From Candidatus Bathyarchaeia archaeon (GTDB lineage: Archaea > Thermoproteota > Bathyarchaeia > Bathyarchaeales > Bathycorpusculaceae): DNA of 64,000 nt. A program made the position numbers and the translations under genes. The notes under the pieces were generated by a model. It was not told where the DNA came from and made no database searches. It saw only the letters and a program-made list of their open reading frames with translations. Below are positions 1-8,458 of the stretch, piece by piece. Positions within the stretch are counted from its first letter, which is position 1. The number at the start of each line of letters is the position of its first letter. The stretch covers positions 128,001-192,000 of the forward strand of contig JAVZNE010000002.1 in the NCBI GenBank assembly GCA_038882975.1. The letters run 5' to 3'.

Positions 1-629
1 ACGGTATAGGTGTATACCCAAATCAAGTTAAGGAACTTGCAATGAGGGACATTTATGGGCAATACAGGTTAGCCTCAAAGCTCATCGCACAAATCCCAGA
101 CTACATTGAAGTGATAATTATTCCGGGAAACCACGACGCCCCCCGAAAGGCTTTACCCCAACCGCCGATTTCCGACGCGTTTTTGGAAACTCTGCATAAT
201 TCACCTAATGTGCACTCCTTTGGAAATCCGTGTCGTCTAAGCCTCCACGGTGTTGAAGTTCTCATGTACCATGGGCGAAGCCTCGATGACATAATCTCCA
301 CAGTCCCGGGAATAAATTATACCCAGCCGGAAAAAGCAATGACTCTACTTTTGCAGTGTCGCCACTTGGCGCCAGTTTATGGTGGAAAAACGCCGCTTGC
401 GCCTGAGAGTAAAGACTGCCTTGTTATAGAACGTGTGCCTGACATTTTCCACGCCGGCCACATCCACACAGTCGGGCATGCAAACTATAGAGGTGTCACC
501 GTCGTTAACTCTGGTTGTTGGCAAGAGCAGACGGAGTACATGCGGAGGCAAGGGTTCACTCCAATGCCGGGCTTGGTTCCAGTGGTAAATCTCCAAACAC
601 TAGATGTTAGAATCCTTTCATTTGCCTAG
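1..629 (+). CDS. polB: DNA polymerase II (PolD) small subunit DP1, 5'-truncated by window edge
   Basis: Frame is open from base 3 (GIGVYPNQ). Contains the DP1 phosphoesterase motifs PGNHD, YHGRS, RHLAP.YG, HAGHIH and NSGCWQ.QT. Confidence 0.95.
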   Translation, partial: GIGVYPNQVKELAMRDIYGQYRLASKLIAQIPDYIEVIIIPGNHDAPRKALPQPPISDAFLETLHNSPNVHSFGNPCRLSLHGVEVLMYHGRSLDDIISTVPGINYTQPEKAMTLLLQCRHLAPVYGGKTPLAPESKDCLVIERVPDIFHAGHIHTVGHANYRGVTVVNSGCWQEQTEYMRRQGFTPMPGLVPVVNLQTLDVRILSFA

Positions 630-1183
630 GATAGACCACGAGCAATTAATCTAACAACACGGAGGGGTTCTGGCACCCGGCCACAAACAGTGGAACCCAC
701 TATAAGGCGGATGGCCCATTCAGGTTCCGCTCCAACAACTTCAAAATATAATGGAGGCTCTCCATCTAGCACTTTCACCTCATGGATAGGCCCTAATCTT
801 TCAAAAACTTTCCACCGTTCCCTCCAGTCTTTAAAATGTCGAATAAGTGCCCACTTTACCGCCTTATTATCGGGCTTCGTCCTTGCCACAACAATAACGG
901 GTTTCCGAAACTTTTCATAGAGAACTAAAGGATCTATAATGTTAAAACCGGCAAAGGACACCCCAGCAAGCATAACAGCCTCAAAGTCCCATTGCTTAAG
1001 GAGGCCCGTGACTTTTTCCGTCGCATTGAAGCCGTCAACGGCTATCCACTCGAAAGCCACATCCTCAATTTTAAAGCCCTTGAAAAGAGCGGCGGCTAAA
1101 AGAGCCTTTCTATTAACACCTTTTACAAAGCTTCCATCTTCAATTCCTACTACCCGCATCCTTTGAAAGGCATTTAGGCTCAT
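626..1183 (-). CDS. DUF99 family protein (endonuclease V-like fold)
   Basis: Motifs VVGIEDG, VDG.NAT, GVSFAGFNIID and GRVPEPLRV are typical of DUF99. Confidence 0.85.
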   Translation of the reverse strand: MSLNAFQRMRVVGIEDGSFVKGVNRKALLAAALFKGFKIEDVAFEWIAVDGFNATEKVTGLLKQWDFEAVMLAGVSFAGFNIIDPLVLYEKFRKPVIVVARTKPDNKAVKWALIRHFKDWRERWKVFERLGPIHEVKVLDGEPPLYFEVVGAEPEWAIRLIVGSTVCGRVPEPLRVVRLIARGLS

Positions 1184-2387
1184 AATCGATCAAGCGTCCG
1201 AGCCTACTGTCATTAGAGAAGGCTTCTTTAATAAGGGTGCGTGTCACCTCCATGCGGATTTTTTTCGTACGTCCATAACGCCCCATACTTACAACCTGTG
1301 CGTTCAATAGTCCCAAAGCGTCAAGCTCGTTGACCAAAGTGCTTACGCGTCTTTGCGTTAGAGGTGTCACAGCCAATTCGCTGCAGAGCTCATTGTATAC
1401 CTCATATATTTCGCCAGTTACTGCACGGTAACCATTCGCCCTAACAAGATGGTAGACGCTCAACATTACAAGCTTCGAGTGTAAGGTCAAATTCGCTAAG
1501 GCATCAACAACTCTATTATGTTCTATGAGCCTCTCAGCCTCGCGGACGTGCTCTTCGGTTATGGCGCTTGCGCCTTTACGTTCTGCAACTTCACCAGCAA
1601 CCCTAAGCAGATCTAAAGCCCTTCGAGCATCACCATGCTCAGCAGCGGCCAAGGCGGCACAGAGGCTTAGTGCGCCTTCACTAAGCGCCCCTTCATGGAA
1701 CGCCATCTGTGCCCGCTCAGCTAAAATATTACGCAGTTCAGACGCATTGTAGGGCCGAAAGACAATTTCTTCCTCACTTAGCGAGCTTAAAACTCGGGGG
1801 TCTAAGAACTCTTTTAGGCGTAGATCGTTGGAAATGCCGATTATAGAGACTTTACTGCGAGCTAATGTTTCGTTAATTCTTGTAAGCTCGTATAAGAGAA
1901 TGTCGCTTCGCGCCTTTATTATAGCGTCTACTTCATCGAGGCCTATAATAAGTATCCTTTTAGCCACATCCAAGCCTTGCTTAAACCTATCAAAAACCTC
2001 GCCTAAAGATAGTCCAGTAAATGGAACGGCAAGGCGAATGCTCTGGCATAAGTTCGCGAGAACGCGGTACTCTGTCCCAGCTAAACGACAATTTACATAA
2101 CAAAAACTGACGGCGGCCCCTATCTCCTTTGCTTTTGCGTCCAAGCGATTCAGAACATACTTTGTCACAGCCGTCTTACCAGTCCCTGTTTTCCCATAGA
2201 CAAAGATATTAGAACACCTTGCACCCTTCAAAACTGGCGCTATTGCCTCTCCAAGTCGTCGAATCTGCTCTTCACGATGAGGAAGTCTTTCAGGCAAGTA
2301 GTCATGACGGAGAACCTCCCGGTCTTTAAACACCCCCGCAGCATTACAGAACCTATCAAAGACATCATCAAGTATAGCATCTTTCAT
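1140..2387 (-). CDS. cdc6: Orc1/Cdc6 replication initiator
   Basis: LPHREEQI, Walker A GKTGTGKT, LDEVD, GDARRALDLLR and a C-terminal wHTH with GRYGRT. Start moved to ATG 2387, which follows an AAGGAG SD. Confidence 0.97.
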   Translation of the reverse strand: MKDAILDDVFDRFCNAAGVFKDREVLRHDYLPERLPHREEQIRRLGEAIAPVLKGARCSNIFVYGKTGTGKTAVTKYVLNRLDAKAKEIGAAVSFCYVNCRLAGTEYRVLANLCQSIRLAVPFTGLSLGEVFDRFKQGLDVAKRILIIGLDEVDAIIKARSDILLYELTRINETLARSKVSIIGISNDLRLKEFLDPRVLSSLSEEEIVFRPYNASELRNILAERAQMAFHEGALSEGALSLCAALAAAEHGDARRALDLLRVAGEVAERKGASAITEEHVREAERLIEHNRVVDALANLTLHSKLVMLSVYHLVRANGYRAVTGEIYEVYNELCSELAVTPLTQRRVSTLVNELDALGLLNAQVVSMGRYGRTKKIRMEVTRTLIKEAFSNDSRLGRLIDYEPKCLSKDAGSRN

Positions 2388-2531
2388 TAGCACTCCTTCC
2401 TCCTGTTTGTCACATAGTATTTGCCCTTTACTCCAAGAGTGGAAAAATAAGGCATACCATATAGAAAAGTGAACAAGCAACAGAAAAATTCTAAAAATTA
2501 ATGAACAGTCCGCATTAGAAAAAGAGAGACA

Positions 2532-2553
2532 CCCCCCGATTTCAACTGGAAAA
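2532..2553 (-). promoter_or_regulatory. ORB element 1
   Basis: Minus strand reads TTTCCAGTTGAAATCGGGGGG, matching the ORB core plus G-string. Confidence 0.9.
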
Positions 2554-2715
2554 CTCTTAAGCTTTTAGGTGTAGCTTGTTTCTTCTAAGGAAAAGAAAAT
2601 ACTCTGAAAGGTTAGAGCATCACCAAAAGTAAAAAGCTTCACATAGAAGTTTTTATACCAAAGCTTCAAATGATTAGCACACGACTTTTAACAAGATTTT
2701 AACTTTTTAATATTC

Positions 2716-2741
2716 CTCCAGCGGAAATAATGGGGTGGTGG
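2716..2741 (+). promoter_or_regulatory. ORB element 2
   Basis: CTCCAGCGGAAATAATGGGGTGGTG. Confidence 0.88.
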
Positions 2742-2845
2742 GCTACATCCCTTCTTACCATGGTGAACTAATAAAATACTTGAAATTTCAGTTTTGTAGT
2801 GTAACCGCCATAATGGAGTAAGTGACCCATAATTTTGTTCACGCT

Positions 2846-3139
2846 TTGTGAAAACCTTGTGAAGTTTATTTAGTTTTGGTATTTTTATTTTCTCCTTTTC
2901 CATAATTGTTGCTATTTTTATGTCTCTTTTCTGTGAAAACACCACCCCATCTTTTCTATTGGAAGCCGCAAGTATTGTTTGTTATTCTGTCCGTTTTCAC
3001 AAAGATCACTTTTGTGAAGTACGTTATTTAGAATCTTTGGAAATATAGCTTCTTATACTCTTTTCGGCTTTTAATTGCCTTTTTTATTTCCTTAGGTTCA
3101 CCGTAATAGCTATATCTTGTGAAGTGTAAAACTTGTGAA
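2846..3139. repeat. Cluster of TTGTGAA heptamer repeats in and beside oriC
   Basis: TTGTGAA at 2846, 2857, 3012, 3117 and 3133, reverse copy TTCACAA at 2996, near-copy CTGTGAA at 2931. Confidence 0.8.
2941..2964 (-). promoter_or_regulatory. ORB element 3, inverted relative to ORB2
   Basis: Minus strand reads TTCCAATAGAAAAGATGGGGTGGT and shares ATGGGGTGGT with ORB2. Confidence 0.85.
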
Positions 3140-3163
3140 AAGAATTTACAGGTGCCAGTAATA

Positions 3164-3598
3164 GTGCCAGCTAGGAAAATGCGAATCGAAGTATTCGACA
3201 ATGAGGGCAACAAATATAGCATAGCCTTTGAAGGGCAGATTACACGAGATAAAGCCCTTCGCCTTTTAGATTTGGTGGAGTTACTGGGTGGAGTTGCATC
3301 AAGCGGAACCAACTCGGGGGTCAGTGTTACGACTATTGAAAAGTCAAAATATGATAGGCTCTTGGCTGTCCTTCAGAAGCATTTTCCGATAGTTTGGTTT
3401 TCGTCAAAAGAGGTTCAAGCGGTCTACGAGCAAGAGTTTAAGGAGCCTATAAACCTAAGCACGGTGGCCACATACCTTTCCCGGATGGCTAACAAAGGGT
3501 TTCTTATCAAAGCCGGGGCCTCTAACCGTCTTAAATACAAAATAGCGCCCAGTCTGCCACAAGTTGTGGTAAAACATTACGCATCAAACGAGGGTTAG
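3164..3598 (+). CDS. Conserved hypothetical protein with C-terminal winged-helix domain, origin-adjacent
   Basis: GTG 3164 follows an AGGTG SD. C-terminus FSSKEV...INLSTVATYLSRMANKGFL..RLKY is wHTH-like. Confidence 0.8.
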   Translation: MPARKMRIEVFDNEGNKYSIAFEGQITRDKALRLLDLVELLGGVASSGTNSGVSVTTIEKSKYDRLLAVLQKHFPIVWFSSKEVQAVYEQEFKEPINLSTVATYLSRMANKGFLIKAGASNRLKYKIAPSLPQVVVKHYASNEG

Positions 3599-3606
3599 CT
3601 TGTTTC

Positions 3607-4320
3607 TTAAGCGGTCTCCGTCTCTGCTTTCTTCAAAAATTTTTCCATTTCCTTCTTCACGTTATACCTAAAGGGAATTTTACTAGAATCCCTTTCCAAA
3701 TAACCTTCCTCATAAAGCTTCTTCATAAGCCTGGCTGTGTGCTCTCTGCTAAGCCCAATTCTTTCCTTAATCTCCGGAGCTGTTTTAGGGCCCTCGGCAG
3801 CCAGCATCTCCAACACCGCTAACTCTGTTTCCGTTAACTTTGCTAACGCTTTTTCCCTTTTTATTGGTATGACAGTTTCAACTCTAAGCTCGGGTAAAGT
3901 TGGCACATTTTGAGTTCGCTCTTCAATAATTGAAACTTTGGCGAGGATCTCCTTATGAGACTCGACGATGTCACGCGTCTGCCTTTCTAAATCACTTAGC
4001 CGAGTTAACAGATGCTCCCTATCCTCCAAGATTCCCTTTGCTTTGCCTTCCAAAAGTTTTAGCCGATTCTCTAACTCTTTAACAGCCTTTAATGCATCGC
4101 TACCCTTAGCGGAAGCGGCCTCAACTTTGTAAGAAAATGCTTGCAAGCTTTCCGTTGCACGCTTAAGCTCCCTACTAAAACTTAAGATTATATCATTAAA
4201 AGCTTCCTTAGCCTTCCCATACTCTTTCCTAATTTTGACAAGATTCTTGTAATATCCGACCGCAGCACCAACAGCCACGGCTAAGAAAGCACATGAGACA
4301 AAGATTAAAAGGTCAATCAT
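3607..4320 (-). CDS. Membrane-anchored coiled-coil protein with C-terminal winged-helix (MarR/ArsR-like) domain
   Basis: N-terminal hydrophobic helix (LLIFVSCAFLAVAVGAAVGYY), heptad-rich middle, C-terminal LTETELAVLEML..EGPKTAPEIKERIGLSREHTARLMKKLYEEGYLER. Confidence 0.85.
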   Translation of the reverse strand: MIDLLIFVSCAFLAVAVGAAVGYYKNLVKIRKEYGKAKEAFNDIILSFSRELKRATESLQAFSYKVEAASAKGSDALKAVKELENRLKLLEGKAKGILEDREHLLTRLSDLERQTRDIVESHKEILAKVSIIEERTQNVPTLPELRVETVIPIKREKALAKLTETELAVLEMLAAEGPKTAPEIKERIGLSREHTARLMKKLYEEGYLERDSSKIPFRYNVKKEMEKFLKKAETETA

Positions 4321-4370
4321 GTGATATCCCCCGTGACTTCCTTAAAGTAACGTGTGACCTTATCATGTTG

Positions 4371-4587
4371 CATCACAAATCACACTTTTAACACTAAACC
4401 TTTTAAAGATTATGGTCCCTCATGGAACATATGACATCACAAATCACAGAAACTTCTATCCACACGAATACAAATATTGTTGCGAGAAAAGTACATTTTC
4501 CACTTCTTTTAGCTATTTAGCCTTATTCTATGCCTTATTTTTCTACCTGGAATGATCGTGGTTTTTGCTATGTGATTTGTGATGTCA
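4371..4587. repeat. Three copies of CATCACAAATCACA (two direct, one inverted)
   Basis: Copies at 4371-4384 and 4435-4448. TGACATCACAAATCACA (4432-4448) is a perfect 17-bp inverted repeat of 4571-4587. Confidence 0.9.
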
Positions 4588-5061
4588 CGTGAAGCCCTCC
4601 GACGGGTTTGAGAGCGCTTTTAAGCTATTTTCGAGTTCTTCTCTTAACATTTTAAGGAATTTTATTTGCTCCTCTGGTTGTTCAGGTTTATTCGGCAAGT
4701 CTTTGTGGGCTTCTATGTATTCTTGTAGTTTGTTTGCGATTTCAAGATACTGGTCAAGAGTTGTGCTTTCGAAGATTCCTAAATACCCTAAAAGCAGCAC
4801 GGTGTAGATCGCCTTTATAACGTTTTCCTGAGCCTGTTTTAAAGTTCTGTTAAAGGCGCCTCGGCTTATTTTTGCCTTTGTTAGTCGTAATCTGGCTTTT
4901 TCATCGTATTTTAATGGTTTTCCCAAAATATTTTCGGCTAAAACGTCTATTAGCAATGTTTCTAGCTGCGTTTTTGTTAAGTGGCTGTTTTTTGCCAGTA
5001 TTTTGACTATGGGGTCTTCTAAAGATTTTTTTAGCCATAATTGCACGCTGTTTTTTAACAT
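4585..5061 (-). CDS. Conserved hypothetical protein, possible HTH (sigma-4/Tfx-like pattern)
   Basis: LTKTQLETLL...ISRGAFNRTLKQAQENV pattern followed by a hydrophobic helix and a coiled coil. Confidence 0.7.
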   Translation of the reverse strand: MLKNSVQLWLKKSLEDPIVKILAKNSHLTKTQLETLLIDVLAENILGKPLKYDEKARLRLTKAKISRGAFNRTLKQAQENVIKAIYTVLLLGYLGIFESTTLDQYLEIANKLQEYIEAHKDLPNKPEQPEEQIKFLKMLREELENSLKALSNPSEGFT

Positions 5062-5208
5062 CTCCGCTTTTCTCCCATAAGGTTGTGCTTGTTGAATACA
5101 TTTTTGTATACGGCCCTTTTAAAAGAGTTTTGCCCAAACATTAAAAACCGTGCCTTCTAGTCGCAACCATTATATGCTCATCCGTGTAACGCGTAATGAG
5201 GAGCGCAT

Positions 5209-6390
5209 TTGAAGTTGCAATTTAAGGCAGCCGAACGCCTGAAATGCATAAAGCCCTCTGGAATTCGCCGATTTTTTGCTTTGGCCCAAGAAATTCCCGA
5301 TATAATTAATTTAAGTGTGGGGGAGCCGGATTTTACGCCGCCCATACACGCCCTAGAGGGAGGTTGGAAGGCCACATTAGCGGGTAAAATACACTACGCT
5401 CCAACAAATGGTATCCCAGAACTTAGAGAGGCTCTAGCTGAGAAGGCTCGTGTGGAATACGGCCTTCAATATGACCCAAAATCTGAGGTATTAGTAACTG
5501 TTGGCGGGACAGAGGCGATTTCCCTTGCCTTGATGGCGCTAGTTAATCCTGGTGATGAAGTGTTGATACCTAATCCTGGTTTTGTCTGTTATGAGCCTAG
5601 CGTTAGATTGGCGGGCGGCATTCCCGTTTCAATCCCCATTTTGGAGAAAAATGGGTTTAAGCCCTCTATTGATGATGTGACGTCACTTATCACGGAAAAA
5701 TCACGTGTGATGATTCTAAACTATCCAAACAATCCGACAGGGACGATTCTATCATACAATGAGCTTAAGGCGTTAGCCAAAATTGCTGTTGAACGTGATT
5801 TGATTGTGATTTCGGATGAAGTCTACGAGAAAATAATATACGATGGAGAAAAGCACCACTGCGTGGCGACTTTTCCGGAAATGCGGGAGCGCACATTAGT
5901 TGTAAACTCTTTTTCTAAAACCTATGCAATGACCGGTTTAAGGGTTGGTTATGTTTACGGTCCTAAGGAGCTTATCGCCCCTCTATGGCTCTGCCACCAG
6001 TATTTTGTTGCTTGTGTAGATACTTTTGCGCAGTATGCCGCGTTAGCCGCCTTAGAAGGGCCACAGGGCTTCGTTAAGGAGATGGTAGCTGAATTTAATA
6101 GGCGAAGACTTTTTGTTTTTAAGAGACTGAATGAGATTGGTGGATTTAGCTGTGTCCTTCCGAAAGGCGCTTTTTACATGTTCCCAAGCATAAAGGCCTT
6201 TAACATGTCTTCAGAGGATTTTGCCCAATTCCTACTTAAAGAGGCACGAGTTGCCACCGTTCCGGGTTCTGCTTTCGGTTCTTATGGTGAAGGGTACATT
6301 AGAATTTCCTATGCCGCAGCTTATGAACAGTTGGAAGAGGCTTTCAACAGCATAGAGAAAGCCGTTAAAAAAATCAAGGGCCATTTTTAG
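5209..6390 (+). CDS. PLP-dependent aminotransferase class I/II (aspartate/aromatic)
   Basis: GEPDF, NYPNNPTG, SDEVYE and SFSKTYAMTGLRVG. Confidence 0.95.
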   Translation: MKLQFKAAERLKCIKPSGIRRFFALAQEIPDIINLSVGEPDFTPPIHALEGGWKATLAGKIHYAPTNGIPELREALAEKARVEYGLQYDPKSEVLVTVGGTEAISLALMALVNPGDEVLIPNPGFVCYEPSVRLAGGIPVSIPILEKNGFKPSIDDVTSLITEKSRVMILNYPNNPTGTILSYNELKALAKIAVERDLIVISDEVYEKIIYDGEKHHCVATFPEMRERTLVVNSFSKTYAMTGLRVGYVYGPKELIAPLWLCHQYFVACVDTFAQYAALAALEGPQGFVKEMVAEFNRRRLFVFKRLNEIGGFSCVLPKGAFYMFPSIKAFNMSSEDFAQFLLKEARVATVPGSAFGSYGEGYIRISYAAAYEQLEEAFNSIEKAVKKIKGHF

Positions 6391-7220
6391 AATTCTTCCG
6401 CCTTTTCTTTTAATTTGGCGAAGAGGTCCGGGCGCAAGTCCTTTAATGTTGGGACGAAGGCTTCTACAGGTTTTATGTCAGCGTAGTCCACTTCGCCTAC
6501 CACAAGATCTTCCTCATCGTATTTCGCTTTTGCAATGATCTTTCCGTTGGGAGCTATTAGCCTGCTTCCACCCCAGAACTGCAACCCGTCTTCTATACCC
6601 ACAAGGTTAACATATGCCAGAAATGCGGCGTTTTCGATAGCTCTTGCAACCGTTAGAGTTTCAAAGAATGATTTGCGAACAGCTGGTGAAGCTGAAATAC
6701 AAACAATTAGTTGTGCACCTTCGAGGCGTGTTAGCCGACAAACTTCTGGAAAGAAGATGTCATAACATATGATTAGCCCAACTTTCCCGATGTTCGTATC
6801 AAATGTGCCAACATGATAGCCTGGCCTAAAATACCTTTTTTCTTCAAAAACGCTGTGGGTTGGTAAGTACATCTTCCTATATTTCCCAATGTAGCCTTCC
6901 GGTCCCACAAGAACCGCGGAATTATAAATTGTTGCCTGCGCCTTTTCGCTGAGTTCCGGCATTCCAAACACTATATGGGCTTCGTGTTTTTTTGCGATTT
7001 TTTCTATGGCGTTTGTTGATGGCCCAGGAATTTTTTCTGCTAGTTCATAAAGCTCGTCCCTTATTGTATAGCCTGTCACTGAGAGTTCAGGGAAAATAAC
7101 AAGTTCTGCGCCTTGCTGTTTTGCTCTTACCGTGTATTCTTCAATTTTTTGTATGTTTGACTTTTTATCTCCCCTTTGGCAGCTTATTTGGGCAAGAGCA
7201 GTTAAGAATTTCTCTTTCAA
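6387..7220 (-). CDS. Carbon-nitrogen hydrolase (nitrilase family)
   Basis: E-K-C triad motifs FPEL, YRK and ICYD. Confidence 0.93.
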   Translation of the reverse strand: MKEKFLTALAQISCQRGDKKSNIQKIEEYTVRAKQQGAELVIFPELSVTGYTIRDELYELAEKIPGPSTNAIEKIAKKHEAHIVFGMPELSEKAQATIYNSAVLVGPEGYIGKYRKMYLPTHSVFEEKRYFRPGYHVGTFDTNIGKVGLIICYDIFFPEVCRLTRLEGAQLIVCISASPAVRKSFFETLTVARAIENAAFLAYVNLVGIEDGLQFWGGSRLIAPNGKIIAKAKYDEEDLVVGEVDYADIKPVEAFVPTLKDLRPDLFAKLKEKAEEF

Positions 7221-7232
7221 ATTTCCCCTTCC

Positions 7233-8087
7233 TTATCGTGCGAACGGTATCCTAAAATCAAACCCAACAGTCCTATATTGAAGTTTTGTTGCAAGCGGCA
7301 TTCTTCTCTTATGCTCCATTTTTCGCCAACGCTCTTTCACCCTTTCCACCAAGCCTTTTTGTATGCCCAACTGTTCTGCTATTTCTTCTGTTTTCATGAA
7401 GTGCTCAAGCCCGTATAAGATAAGGTCCAATGTTTCATATTTTATCCCTAATTCCTCCTCTGCTGTTTGCCCCGGCCACAATGTTGGGGATGGTGGTTTT
7501 TCCACGATTTCTTTTGGTATGCCCAAATGCCTTGCGAGTTTTTTCACTTGCGTTTTGTATAGGTCCATTATTGGGGATATGTCTGCTGCGGCGTCCCCCC
7601 ATTTTGTGAAGTAGCCCATTAGAGTTTCTGATTTGTCAGAGCTCCCGCATACTATCAGGTTTAGCTTGTTGGCGTAATAATAAAGGTAGAGCATTCGCGT
7701 TCGCGCCTTTAGGTTTCCTTTTGAAAGTTTATCTTCAGCATCAAAAATTGGTATTGTTTTTTGAAGAGCCTCCAATGCCGGTGTAATATCTATAGTCTCC
7801 GTTCTCAGTCCAAACTTCTCTGTCACAAGCCTTGCGTGTTCCATGTCTCTAGGGTTATAGGTTTCCTTCTCTGGAAGCATGAGCCCCAAAACCTTGTTTC
7901 CTCCGATGGCTTTTGCGGATAGTGCTGCTACAGTGCTGCTGTCTATGCCTCCAGAAAGCCCTAAAACTATGCCGTTAGCCTTTGCCTTTTCCACATAACC
8001 CTTTATAAAATGCTTTATTTTTTCTTCCACTTCCGCCCAATCTAACTCCAAAGCTGATGGTGTTAGTTTCAAGGTTTTCATCCTCAA
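7233..8087 (-). CDS. nadE: NAD+ synthetase (single domain)
   Basis: GLSGGIDS, GNLKARTRM, GYFTKWGD and LYKTQV. Confidence 0.96.
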   Translation of the reverse strand: MRMKTLKLTPSALELDWAEVEEKIKHFIKGYVEKAKANGIVLGLSGGIDSSTVAALSAKAIGGNKVLGLMLPEKETYNPRDMEHARLVTEKFGLRTETIDITPALEALQKTIPIFDAEDKLSKGNLKARTRMLYLYYYANKLNLIVCGSSDKSETLMGYFTKWGDAAADISPIMDLYKTQVKKLARHLGIPKEIVEKPPSPTLWPGQTAEEELGIKYETLDLILYGLEHFMKTEEIAEQLGIQKGLVERVKERWRKMEHKRRMPLATKLQYRTVGFDFRIPFAR

Positions 8088-8173
8088 TGTTTATGGGATT
8101 AGGCAAGTATTTAAGGACGAAGATGGGATAATGAATAGTGTAGCCTTAAACACTCTACATGAAGGATTGGTGT

Positions 8174-8443
8174 ATGGGGCGTAGAAGGCGGAAGGTTGTC
8201 CGTATTCCAAAGAAACGTTTGCCAAAATTCTTTTCCTGCCCTATCTGTGGAAAGGCGTCAGTTCGTGTGGAAATGTTCCGAGAAGAAGGGAGAGCCGTTG
8301 TAAGCTGCGGTAACTGCGGCGCGAAGGAAGAATTTCCAGTTAAGGGTGCCCTCGGTGAGATAGACGTGTACTGCATGTTCACCGACAAAATTTACACAGG
8401 TGTCAGAAGGCTACCCGCCCCAGAGGTTAAAGAAGCAGCGTGA
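8174..8443 (+). CDS. elf1: Transcription elongation factor Elf1-like zinc ribbon
   Basis: MGRRRRK N-terminus, F.CP.C and C..C, IDVY..F.D. Confidence 0.85.
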   Translation: MGRRRRKVVRIPKKRLPKFFSCPICGKASVRVEMFREEGRAVVSCGNCGAKEEFPVKGALGEIDVYCMFTDKIYTGVRRLPAPEVKEAA

Positions 8444-8458
8444 AAGGATGGATAGCCC

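Larger units (their letters stand above)
2400..3150. other. Probable replication origin (oriC)
   Basis: Long non-coding region upstream of cdc6 with three ORB elements and an AT/T-rich tract (~2865-2930) between two inward-facing ORBs. Confidence 0.88.

Noticed and set aside
2688-2945. 85-aa minus-strand ORF in the origin region
   Set aside because: It overlaps the ORBs and the AT-rich tract and has no recognisable motif, so it is likely spurious.
4371-4587. Repeats read as a mini-CRISPR array or MITE
   Set aside because: Repeats are too short, irregularly spaced and mixed in orientation, with no cas or transposase genes and no clear target-site duplication.
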